Assembly (NCBI RefSeq): GCF_001194135.2
Contig: NC_068992.1
Location: forward strand, 59,029,536 to 59,065,167
Direction: 5' to 3'
Length of the DNA stretch: 35,632 nt
Origin: Octopus bimaculoides
Taxonomy: Eukaryota
Part shown: positions 1-10,678 of the stretch, piece by piece
Layout of the letters: each line of letters begins with the position of its first letter
Numbering within the stretch: the first letter of the stretch is position 1
Translations under genes and position numbers: made by a program
Notes under the pieces: generated by a model
What the model saw: only the letters and a program-made list of their open reading frames with translations
What the model was told of the DNA's origin: nothing
The model's database searches: none

Positions 1-856
1 ATGTATGAATATACACCCACTCGAAATAAATATAAAAAATAGTATTACACTGAAATGAAAAATCAATGAAAATTATTGTACATCCCTCAAGAAACTAAAG
101 TGCCTTAATATCGTGAAAATATAGAAAAAAAAACCTTCTGATTTATGGGTGAATTTCTCCATATTGTATAGGAGGTTAGTTGATATTTTTACATCAGAAA
201 GAAAGTGATTCGTTATATTTTTATTTATTCAGTTATTTATTTATTCATTGCAATGACATCCTAAATTTGTAGTCGTTAAAATATGCATTCTAAGCTGTGG
301 TCATATTGCTTCTGTATATATGTGTTTGTGTTTGTGTTGTGTGTGTATATACGTGTATAATGTTATTGTACGACTATCACTTGTTAAGAGCTTGTTTTGG
401 GAACGTTGCTATTCCTTGTTTTCTTCCCTTTTTTCTCTTTTTGAGAATAGAGAAGGTTTTTAATTTTTTATTACACTTACATATAATCATCATCATGATC
501 CTCATCATTATTATTATTGTTGTTATTATTGTTGTTGTTGTATCAGAATGTGCTAAGGCATATGTAAATTTATTTATATTATTTAACAGGGAGTCACGTC
601 CATAATTCTTTTCAATAAAACTTTTCTGTAGGGTTTATTGGAAATGTAGAAATAAGAATAAAGAAACTTGTGCCTCACCTGCTCGCTAGAAATTGATGTT
701 TGTATTTATAAATACATGTTTATATATGTATATACATGCGTGTCTGTATGAGTATATGCAAATATATTTGTGTGTAAATATGTTTGCACGCACACACATA
801 TATATGCATGTATGTATGTATTTATACGTGTATCTAAATATGTATATGTATACCCA

Positions 857-887
<31 letters not shown>

Positions 888-890
<3 letters not shown>

Positions 891-990
891 TGCAGACGTG
901 GTAGTATGATAAGAAATTTTCGCCCAACCATATGGCTTGGGCAAGCCTTGTGAGTGAATTTGGTATACGGAAACTGAATGAAGCCTACAG
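888..990 (+). mobile_element. tRNA-derived SINE family A, internally deleted 5' part
   Basis: 'gccttgtgagtgaatttggtatacggaaactgaatgaagcc' matches the family A block also seen at 5450-5500, 19940-19975 and 31675-31715. Confidence 0.7.
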
Positions 991-1009
991 TATATGCATA
1001 TATACATCA

Positions 1010-1042
1010 CATATACCTATATAGATATAGATATAGATATAG

Positions 1043-1075
<33 letters not shown>

Positions 1076-1101
1076 TGTATGTATGTATGTATGTATGTAT
1101 G
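1010..1101. repeat. compound (GATATA)n/(GTAT)n microsatellite
   Basis: direct reading. Confidence 0.95.
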
Positions 1102-1119
1102 TTATTTTGTTATATATAT

Positions 1120-1720
1120 TATTGGGTCAACTCAATAAGTAATTTTCGTTTTTTCTTTGGAAGTAAATTGTAACGACGCATTTCGAAATTCAGATTTTTA
1201 AAATTGAAATCGAAAGTACTGTTTTTTAAAGACCCTCATTTGTCATTCATACTTAAGCAGTGAAACCGTGCACATCGTAGTTAGATATTAAATTTCACTC
1301 CCCCAAAAATGGATGAATTGAAAGTGCATATTCGATGTGCGATGTCGTGGGAGTTTAACAATGGAAAACAAAAAAAAATGGCACAAAAATGCCAAGAAAA
1401 TATGCAGTGTTAATGGAGTGACCTGCAAGTGCGAAATTGGTTTTCAATGACTCGTTCCAGATATTTCTGATTGAGATATCAACTCAGACCACGACGCTCG
1501 TAAAATTACTCGGGAATTAGCAACTGACTTCAAAACATCCTAATCCACAATATGCCGCCACTTGGAAAAGATAAGAAATGTCTGCAAGCTGGGTGTTTGG
1601 GTTCCCCATACACGTGATGAACAGAACAGGGAAGATTGCATGCCCATAGCGAGAGGTTTTCTGTCAAGGCAGGGAAATGACCCGTTTCTCAATAATACCT
1701 TTACAAGTAATGCAGTTCTA
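1120..1720 (+). mobile_element. degenerate mariner DNA transposon, 5' part (left TIR-like end plus transposase pseudogene)
   Basis: TA-flanked 'TATTGGGTCAACTCAATAAGTAATTTTCG' resembles a mariner TIR. ATG at 1309 gives MDELKVHIRCAMSWEFNNG. Later frameshifted blocks read RNWFS and STICRHLEKIRNVCKLGVWVPHTRDEQNR...RQGNDPFL (WVPHEL motif and the N-x-PFL before the first catalytic Asp). Stops and frameshifts present; no matching right TIR seen. Confidence 0.88.
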
Positions 1721-1959
1721 TATTTAAGAGATGAGGAATTACGTACATTATTTAAGCATCGTCTCCAGCTGGCTATTATTTCTAAATCTCTGAACGGGAG
1801 GCACTCAGTAACAGTACTCTGGAGTAAAGATTATTTGCCAACATAACGTGGTAGTCATGGTTAGGACGATTGTTACTGTTATTTAACCCAGGAAACATTG
1901 TCTCCAGCTGGCTATACGACACTCTATCTGCATCCCTATGCTTTCGAAAAAGGGAGTTT

Positions 1960-2560
1960 AGTGTCCCCACTCAGCTCCCTTGTGTTTCTGGTATTTGCAT
2001 TAAAAAATATAGTACATATCCTTTTTGCTCGGTTGAAGGGGATATTCATTCTGTATTGCATCGTGAATTGAATGTTTACGTCAAGTCAATTTACAAGTGC
2101 CTGGAATTCATTTATTTATAAGTGCTTGGAAGTCTCTCTATACTTTCATACCAAAGAATGAAACAGTCATCCAGGTTATTTTCTATGTAGATGGAGAATG
2201 GGCTGCCGTGTTTTTCAAGAACCTTACGATAAAGACTCATGTCTAGATATCCCATGATTAGGTTAGCAAAGGAGGGGTCCATTCTCGTACCCATCGCAGT
2301 CCCCGAATCTGTCGATAGAAATTGTCTTTGAAGACGAAGTAGTTATTCGCCAAGATAAATTTTAGCCCTTCTATCACGAAATCTTTTTTGGTGCGATGTG
2401 GGAGTTCGTTGGCGTAATTCTCTGGCCAAAATTGAATTGCCTCTATTCCTAGGTTGTGGATGATATTGGAATAGATGTTGACTACATCGAAGGATACTAG
2501 TAGGGTGTTTTTGTTTATTGTTTCAGGAAGGTGATTGAGCATATCCAAGCCGTCCCTTAA
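1960..2560 (-). mobile_element. Penelope-like retroelement (PLE) reverse transcriptase fragment, degenerate
   Basis: Minus-strand translation across frameshifts: LLVSFDVVNIYSNI...FILANNYFVFKDNFYRQIRG / MGTRMDPSFANLIMGYL...LDDCFILW / FQALVN*LDVNIQFTMQY / NIPFNRAKRICTI. These are typical PLE RT palm and thumb motifs. Confidence 0.9.
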
Positions 2561-2847
2561 TTTTTATAAAATTATTTTAGCATTTTCTAACTAGACTTTT
2601 TTCCATATATATGAACTTGTGTGTTTCTTTTCATCCTACTACACACACACACACACGCACACACACAATATATATATATACATATACATACANNNNNNNN
2701 NNNNNNNNNNNNNNNNNNNNNNNNNNNNNNNNNNNNNNNNNNNNNNNNNNNNNNNNNNNNNNNNNNNNNNNNNNNNNNNNNNNNNNNNNNNNNNNNNNNN
2801 NNATAAAGAGACAAATGGCAAAGGTAGAATTATATTTCATGTATAAA

Positions 2848-2896
2848 GTCTTACAGCTGTTTCAGGGAAAAAACAATGTATCCATTCATCGGAGAC
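2848..2896 (-). ncRNA. minimal type-I hammerhead ribozyme motif (PLE pLTR type)
   Basis: GUCU-CCGAUGA-AUGG(14 nt)CCCU-GAAA-C-AGCU-G-UA^AGAC. Stem I GUCU/AGAC is perfect, loop III is the palindrome AGCU, cleavage triplet GUA. Deviations: U4C and one mismatch in stem II. Confidence 0.75.
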
Positions 2897-3238
2897 GGTA
2901 ATAGTAGTAGTGGGTACAGTGTCAGGATATGAAGGAGCCTGTGGGTGGTGATAGTGTTGGTGGCATTCGGAGAGTGGTGTTGGGGATGGAAGCAAAGTGG
3001 GAGAGCAGAGTTGGTATGGGTAATGTTCTATGGGTGGAGTTGAAACCTATTTTAAGGATGGTAACTACAATTATCTCCGGAAAATACCCACACAGATTCT
3101 TTACATGGATGTTTACTGTTGGAATGGAACTATACTCCAACTACTTTTTCTTCTTTGTTCTTTCTTCTACGCATCGCTCTCACTTCTTACTACAAATCTC
3201 CTCTTATACATGTAATAATATATTCTTCTACTATTACC

Positions 3239-3287
3239 GTCTCCGATGAAGGGATACATTGAATTTTCCCTGAAACAGATGTAAACC
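3239..3287 (+). ncRNA. minimal type-I hammerhead ribozyme motif, second copy
   Basis: GUCU-CCGAUGA-AGGG(14 nt)CCCU-GAAA-C-AGAU-G-UA^AACC. Stem II is perfect; loop III and the 3' strand of stem I are mutated. Confidence 0.65.
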
Positions 3288-3592
3288 TTTATACATAAAA
3301 TATAATTCTACCTTTGCCATTGGTCTCTTTATCTTATTCTTTTATATATATACACACGCTAATACACGACCCATGTTATATTCCCCACTCATGTTGCAAC
3401 CACGTCAGGGGCAAAACTAGTCAGTATACAGCACTTACTCGGTATTACTTGTATCTTTAGGGTTTGGTTGACTTCAATACCCTTNNNNNNNNNNNNNNNN
3501 NNNNNNNNNNNNNNNNNNNNNNNNNNNNNNNNNNNNNNNNNNNNNNNNNNNNNNNNNNNNNNNNNNNNNNNNNNNNNNNNNNNNNNNNNNNN

Positions 3593-3720
3593 TATATATA
3601 TATGTGTGTGTGTGTGTGTATGTGTGTGTGTGTTTCATGCATATATGTACGTGTATACATACATACATACATACATACATACATACATACATACATACAT
3701 ACATAGATGTATGTATGTAT
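3593..3720. repeat. (GT)n/(CATA)n microsatellites
   Basis: direct reading. Confidence 0.95.
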
Positions 3721-4076
3721 GCAATTCGGTTTGATCGACTATCGATCTATGCCGAAATATAATTGGACTATCGTAGTATATTAGGGCATAAAACCCCACC
3801 CAATCCTGGAGAAGCAGTCAGTCGATGCACCTGTTGGTGTACAGCTTCATCACGACAGTAATATCTTTCACTGATAGCTTGGTATTGAGAGTTACATAAT
3901 AACTGCAAAATCAACATTAACACATACTCACGCACATATATACACACACGCACACACACAGGCACACACACGCACGCACACACACACATACATACACACA
4001 CACACACACCATCACGTCTTTCGCTTTCTGTGAAAGCGGATCCCATTAAAAATGAATAATGCATGAATATTTTAAT

Positions 4077-4080
4077 ATAG

Positions 4081-4166
<86 letters not shown>

Positions 4167-4243
4167 GTAGGTAGGTAGGTAGGTAGGTAGGTAGGTAGAT
4201 AGATAGATATATAGATTGATAGATTGATAGATAGATAGATAGA
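4077..4243. repeat. compound (GATA)n-(GA)n-(GATA)n-(GGTA)n-(GATA)n microsatellite
   Basis: direct reading. Confidence 0.95.
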
Positions 4244-5002
4244 CAAACACGTCTAATATATGCGCGTATATGTGTATGTCTGAATGTGTGTTTGAGAGTT
4301 TGTGTGTGAGTGTGTATGTGTGTGTGCGTGTGTGTTTGTGTGTGTGAGCATGTGCACGCGCGATTGCGTAATGCAAAATATTCTTTGAAAACCCATTCTG
4401 ATGGAATACGTTTAGGCATTTGTTACTAAACTGATTACTGTTCTTATAACCAAAGTGTTGAGATAAATTGCAGGTTAGCTTCTCTGTTTGCTTGGATTTG
4501 GCATTTTGGCCAGGTATTAAGAATCTTACAATAGAAGCTGCCAGAACGGCGCCTGGATTACAGGATTTTGTCAGAGATAAATTGATTGTCTTTACTCCTG
4601 TTTGTTATGGACAGATAAAGAGGAAGTCTTTCTTAAGCGGCGCAATATGTAAACTGTTTTTGCGTGGAACGAAATACATTATTTCGTGTGATGGTGATGG
4701 TGGGGGCATTGTATTGGATTTGTATGTATTGAGGATGTTTGTATGTGAGTGTATGCATATTGGAGTTTGTGTTTTGCGTAAATGCCTACAGTGGTATCTG
4801 TGTGTGTATTAATGGTCTCTGTGACTGTGTCAGCAGTGCATGCCTGTATGTGTCCTTATATATATATGCGTGATTATATGTTTATACGCATGTAAATCAT
4901 TCAATGAATATTAGTTTGTGATATGTATGCGTATTAATGTGCCTATGCCTTGGTTCAGATATCTAAGTGTGTCACCGTGGATGTCTGCATGTGTACACGG
5001 GC

Positions 5003-5051
<49 letters not shown>

Positions 5052-5357
5052 TGTGCATATGTCTTTGCATACGTATGCATATGTTCTCATATGTGTTTGA
5101 GGTATATGTGCTTGAAAACTTCTCTCTTTGAATGATGATTAAAGGCCAGCCAGGTTGAATGATGAAAGAAGCTGGATGTAAAAATAAACATGAGGTACAA
5201 GAGAAAAAAAAACAGATGACGTAAATACGCCTGTAACATAAAGGAATAGATTATTAAGCAAACATTTGTGCTCGGGAGATGCGTGGTTCGATTTCCAGAG
5301 CATATATTTATTCTCTCATTTCCTTTATACATACATATAGATAGATAGATAGATTTA

Positions 5358-5501
5358 GGTGCAGGCGTAGTGTGGTAAGAAACATGGTTTTGGGTTCAAT
5401 CCCACTTCGTGGCACTTTGGACAAGTGTCTTCTACTATAGCTTCGGGCCGACCAAAGCCATGTCAGTGGACTTAGTAGACGGAAACTGAAGGTAGCCCGT
5501 T
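5358..5501 (+). mobile_element. SINE family A, 5' half (tRNA-like head), followed by microsatellite and gap
   Basis: A-box-like 'gtgtggtaag', B-box 'gggttcaatccc', then 'ggcactttggacaagtgtcttctactatagc...ggaaactgaag'. Confidence 0.85.
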
Positions 5502-6543
5502 GTGTGTGTATATATATATATATATATATNNNNNNNNNNNNNNNNNNNNNNNNNNNNNNNNNNNNNNNNNNNNNNNNNNNNNNNNNNNNNNNNNNNNNNN
5601 NNNNNNNNNNNNNNNNNNNNNNNNNNNNNNNNNNNNNNNNNNNNNNNNNNNNNNNNNNNNNNNNNNNNNNNNNNNNNNNNNNNNNNNNNNNNNNNNNNNN
5701 NNNNNNNNNNNNNNNNNNNNNNNNNNNNNNNNNNNNNNNNNNNNNNNNNNNNNNNNNNNNNNNNNNNNNNNNNNNTATATATATGTACGACGGTTGCAAA
5801 ACAATCTTCTTAACCACACAATCTTGCCTGAAAAAACATTTTCGTACAGACTATAATGACGTTTTATTGATCACAAACGAAACAACATTGATATTAGTGT
5901 GTGAACGGGAACGTTTAGCAAGAATCAAAAATCGAAACCAAGTTGTGAATTTGTTTCACCAAGATCTCATAACAATAAAATGGGCTTTTGTCGCATTTCT
6001 CAGTAGACTGATATAACAATTCTGTCTATATAAAAGTATTCTGAAGTATTCTTAACGCTGTAAAGATAAAAATGGTTGAGCGGACATAATATTAAAGAAA
6101 ACAAGTAAAATATCGAGAGTTAAAATTTCCTTTGAACTCACAATCTGTCAGGCATTTTCTTGTGTTTCGAGGAAGGATGGTTAATTCTCTATTAATTACT
6201 TTCAAGAAACAACAGATCTGAGAAAAAAACGTTAGTTGCGGCGAGTGACTGTTGGCCTCTTCGGTGAACAGATTTCCCTCTCATCGGATTCACACGATTT
6301 GAATTGAAGCCACGCACGATGTATAAGAAGACCCTAGCCGCCACCAGGTCTCCACATATATTTCCTTCATTTCCGTCTTGATTTGTTGTCTTCTTCGTAT
6401 ACAATAATATTTTCAAGTACCAGGTAAATGGGGAATTCTGTGGGCGCGTGTGTGTCTTTCTGCCAGTCACTGTGTGTGCGCATGTGTGTTTGTGTGTGCG
6501 TGTGTGTGTGTGCGTGTGTTTGTGTGTGCGTGTGTGCGTGTGC

Positions 6544-6582
<39 letters not shown>

Positions 6583-6633
6583 GATACATACATGCATGCA
6601 CATATACATGGGTATATATGTGCACATTTGGTA

Positions 6634-6680
<47 letters not shown>

Positions 6681-6686
6681 CAGGCA

Positions 6687-6875
6687 CTTGACCGCGGCCA
6701 TGCTGGAACACTGCCTTGAAGGGTTTTAGTCGAAGAAATCGACACCAGGACTTATTCTTTGTAAGCCTGGTACTTATCTAATCGTTCACTTTTGCCGAAC
6801 CGGTAGCTACGGGAACAGGAACACAATAGCATCGGTTGTCAAGCGATGGCGGGGAAGGGGACACACACAGACACA
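6687..6875 (-). mobile_element. SINE family A, 3' half
   Basis: 'gcggccatgctggaacactgccttgaag...gtacttat...gccgaacc...atcggttgtcaagcg' matches 15205-15410 and 24592-24790. Confidence 0.85.
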
Positions 6876-7053
6876 TAAATATATACANNNNNNNNNNNNN
6901 NNNNNNNNNNNNNNNNNNNNNNNNNNNNNNNNNNNNNNNNNNNNNNNNNNNNNNNNNNNNNNNNNNNNNNNNNNNNNNNNNNNNNNNNNNNNNNNNNNNN
7001 NNNNNNNNNNNNNNNNNNNNNNNNNNNNNNNNNNNNNNNNNNNNNNNNNNNNN

Positions 7054-7091
<38 letters not shown>

Positions 7092-7759
7092 ACACACACA
7101 AACACACATACACATAAGTATGCATATGATATTATACATGCTTGTGCGTGTATACATGTATACACGGGCTCAGTTAGGAGTCGACGAATATCGAAGTAGC
7201 ACGGAAACCGAATCAAACTGGCTACAGTTAAAAGTAAAAGAATAAAAGAATATATGTCAATTCAATAGATCATGTGTTTTCTGTAGATCGCGAGCTTATG
7301 GCTCTTATTTCTAGCAATACCGGTGCCCCCTGCACACTTGGTCACATTTTAGTGACGGTGAATCATTTCCATTTTGGTTTTAAATTGTCTAGCCACTTTA
7401 ATAATTTCAAAATTTTCACATTACATGTTATGGAACCAGCCACTAATTCGTATGGTAAATTCTATAAATAGTGACAGACGTAAGTTCGACTCCACCAACC
7501 GCAATGGAGTAAACATTACTGATGAGCGTTCATTTCTATGCGAAATTAGCATGCTAACATAATGCGGTAGGGAGGTTGTCTCCCCTGTCAGTTAAATGGA
7601 GCGTGTCTGTTTTCTAGCATTTCGTTTTGTCGATTTTGCCGACACAGGCAAACACTAACCTCTTTGGAGGTTAATCATACACACATATATATATATAGTG
7701 AGAAAATGTGAGTATGTGTATGTTGACTAATTAACTAATTAGTCTTACAATATTGCTTC

Positions 7760-7957
7760 TAACGCTAGGCCTCATATTTGACAGGAAGGATTTAATCGAT
7801 TAAATCGATCTCAATACTTGACAGGTACTTTTTTTCTACCACCATGGTGTATGTAAAAGGTAGTTAACAACGGCAGGTTTTAATCTCAAAACATAAATCA
7901 TCAGTATAAATATTGCAAAGCATTTTGATCGACGCGCCCAAACGATTCTGCCAGTCT
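7760..7957 (-). mobile_element. SINE family B, diverged copy
   Basis: Reverse complement aligns loosely to the 17998-18214 copy ('aatcgat...caatacttgacaggtact', head 'aacgattctgccag'). Confidence 0.55.
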
Positions 7958-9180
7958 ATCGGTCTTTCTATACGTAGAGTATTATATAAACAGAATGAGC
8001 TGAAAATATATCAAAATCGTATGTATTAAAATATAATACATATATATAAATTTTTAAGTTGGACACAATAATGTTTTTGCAATATTATATTTAAAAGAAA
8101 ATACGTGTACTCACCTCATTATCAGAACTAACAAAATAGATATTTGTTTAGGGAATTCCACCTTGAAGAGGATGCTGCTCGAAATTTATTATTTGAATTT
8201 GCTTTAGATACTTTGAATTTGTTTACAATACTTCGTGTTTTGCTTTTATACCAGTTATGAGTGTATATAAATGAATATATTTCGAGTAAATATTAGTTTT
8301 GTAGTCATGCTAAAGAAATAATACGCTTTTGTTTGTATTGTTTTCTGTGATTTTTTCCCCCTTTTTTTCGTTCTTCACATGAGCAATTATTTGTGTTATT
8401 TTAATAACGATATTAATAATAATGATGTTAGCGATAATAATAAAAATATTAATCTTTATATATATATATATNNNNNNNNNNNNNNNNNNNNNNNNNNNNN
8501 NNNNNNNNNNNNNNNNNNNNNNNNNNNNNNNNNNNNNNNNNNNNNNNNNNNNNNNNNNNNNNNNNNNNNNNNNNNNNNNNNNNNNNNNNNNNNNNNNNNN
8601 NNNNNNNNNNNNNNNNNNNNNNNNNNNNNNNNNNNNNNNNNNNNNNNNNNNNNNNNNNNNNNNNNNNNNNNNNNNNNNNNNNNNNNNNNNNNNNNNNNNN
8701 NNNNNNNNNNNNNNNNNNNNNNNNNNNNNNNNNNNNNNNNNNNNNNNNNNNNNNNNNNNNNNNNNNNNNNNNNNNNNNNNNNNNNNNNNNNNNNNNNNNN
8801 ATATATAAAATCAAAATAAGCAACAGGATATCAAGTAGTTATGCAGTACGACCGTTTCAAGCGGCTCTGTTTAATTGAACAATACAATCATTACATTCAA
8901 TTTAAATGCAGTGCCATCTTCAGCTGCACAAATAAATAAATAGAATTTTAACCAGACGAACACATTAATATAATTTTATCAACTGCAGAGCAAGAAGATG
9001 GAAGAAATCTATGTTGTCGCTATTGTAGCTAAGAATAGACTTCACTTCCAAGAATCGCATGAAGCCCATGGACGTCGTTGCTTCTAATAGTTCTTTTTTG
9101 ATTATTAAAAGCCCTCAAGGCGGCGCCTAACATGCCCGCATTCCAATCACTGAAACATTATATTATTATTATATTATTGT

Positions 9181-9472
9181 GGAGGCACATGGCCGAGTGG
9201 TTAGAGCAGCAGAATCGCGGGTTCGAATCTCAGATCGGGCGATGTGCGTGTTTATGAGCGAAGCTCCTAAGCTCCACGCGGCTCCGGCAGAAGGTAATGG
9301 CGAACTTCTGCTAACTCTTTCGTCATAACTTTCTTTCACTCTTTCTTCCTGCATCTAGCAGCTTACCTGCGACGGACCGACGTCCCGTCCAGGTGGGGAA
9401 CCTACACGCCAATGAAACCGAGAAACGGACTCTCATGAGCCTGGGGTGGCTCGAGAAAGAAACAACAACAAC
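9181..9472 (+). mobile_element. full-length tRNA-derived SINE (head type C plus 'acctgcgacggaccgacgtcccgtccagg' 3' module)
   Basis: A box 'tggccgagtggttag', B box 'gggttcgaatc', (AAC)n tail. The central block resembles the conserved CTGCGATGGAC...TCCAGG core of widespread metazoan SINEs; the superfamily name is not verified. Confidence 0.88.
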
Positions 9473-9549
9473 ATGTTAAAGCCTAGGATTGCCAGTACTA
9501 TCTTCTCTTTTTTTCTTTTTCATGTTATCTTTTTCTGTTGGTTTTTATT

Positions 9550-9663
9550 TGACAATTATTGGTTCTCTCTTGTTAAATATGCTAATTTACGGGAACGTAA
9601 ACAAATCAATATCGATTGTCAAGCAGTGGGGATGGGTAAAAAACACAGACACAACATACTCAT

Positions 9664-9709
<46 letters not shown>

Positions 9710-9840
9710 GACGGGATTCCACCCAGTTTCCGGCTAGCGAATTCACTCACAAGGCATTGGTCTGTCTGAGGCTTTACTCGATTGAAGAAACCCAAGTTGT
9801 TGCGCATTGGGATTGAATCCGGAATTATATGGTTGCCAAG
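9550..9840 (-). mobile_element. SINE family A, diverged, with internal (CA)n
   Basis: 'gacggg...cagtttcc...attcactcacaaggcattggtc' and 'ttacgggaacgtaaac...atcgattgtcaagc' blocks flank the microsatellite. Confidence 0.75.
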
Positions 9841-10325
9841 CTTTATTTTTTTCGTTTTTCTACACAGATTTACTAATGAGTTTGCTATCAAAGTTTAGTT
9901 TTCGTATGTGACAAATATCATGACTTAATNNNNNNNNNNNNNNNNNNNNNNNNNNNNNNNNNNNNNNNNNNNNNNNNNNNNNNNNNNNNNNNNNNNNNNN
10001 NNNNNNNNNNNNNNNNNNNNNNNNNNNNNNNNNNNNNNNNNNNNNNNNNNNNNNNNNNNNNNNNNNNNNNNNNNNNNNNNNNNNNNNNNNNNNNNNNNNN
10101 NNNNNNNNNNNNNNNNNNNNNNNNNNNNNNNNNNNNNNNNNNNNNNNNNNNNNNNNNNNNNNNNNNNNNNNNNNNNNNNNNNNNNNNNNNNNNNNNNNNN
10201 NNNNNNNNNNNNNNNNNNNNNNNNNNNNNNNNNNNNNNNNNNNNNNNNNNNNNNNNNNNNNNNNNNNNNNNNNNNNNNNNNNNNNNNNNNNNNNNNNNNN
10301 NNNNNNNNNNNNNNNNNNNNNNNNN

Positions 10326-10394
<69 letters not shown>

Positions 10395-10636
10395 ATATTC
10401 ATACGACTAAATATGTATGTATACACACACACTCACACGCACACTCACATACACACATACACACACACACAGACACACACACACATATATATATATATAA
10501 ATATATAACAAAGTATATATATATGTATGTATATATATAACAAGATGTATATATATATATATGTATGTATATATATATATAACAAGGTGTATATACATAT
10601 ATATGTATGTACGTATGTACATATACATATATATAT

Positions 10637-10676
<40 letters not shown>
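10326..10676. repeat. long compound (TA)n/(CA)n array with three 'ATATATAACAA' units
   Basis: direct reading. Confidence 0.9.

Positions 10677-10678
<2 letters not shown>

Larger units (their letters stand above)
2803..3332. repeat. 105-bp inverted repeat pair (2803-2907 / 3228-3332) around a 320-bp spacer
   Basis: Manual alignment of the left arm to the reverse complement of the right arm: 8 mismatches in 105 nt, no indels. Confidence 0.95.

Noticed and set aside
1829-1847. 'ttatttgccaacataa' as the right TIR of the mariner
   Set aside because: Its reverse complement does not align convincingly with the left TIR at 1120.
6190-6480. More GC-balanced segment with a donor-like 'ccag|gtaaat' as a coding exon
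   Set aside because: The plus frames contain stops and the minus-strand peptide has no recognisable homology.
9181-9240. tRNA genes at SINE heads (also about 15830-15890 and 23900-23964)
   Set aside because: A and B boxes are present but there is no complete cloverleaf, and each continues into SINE body sequence.
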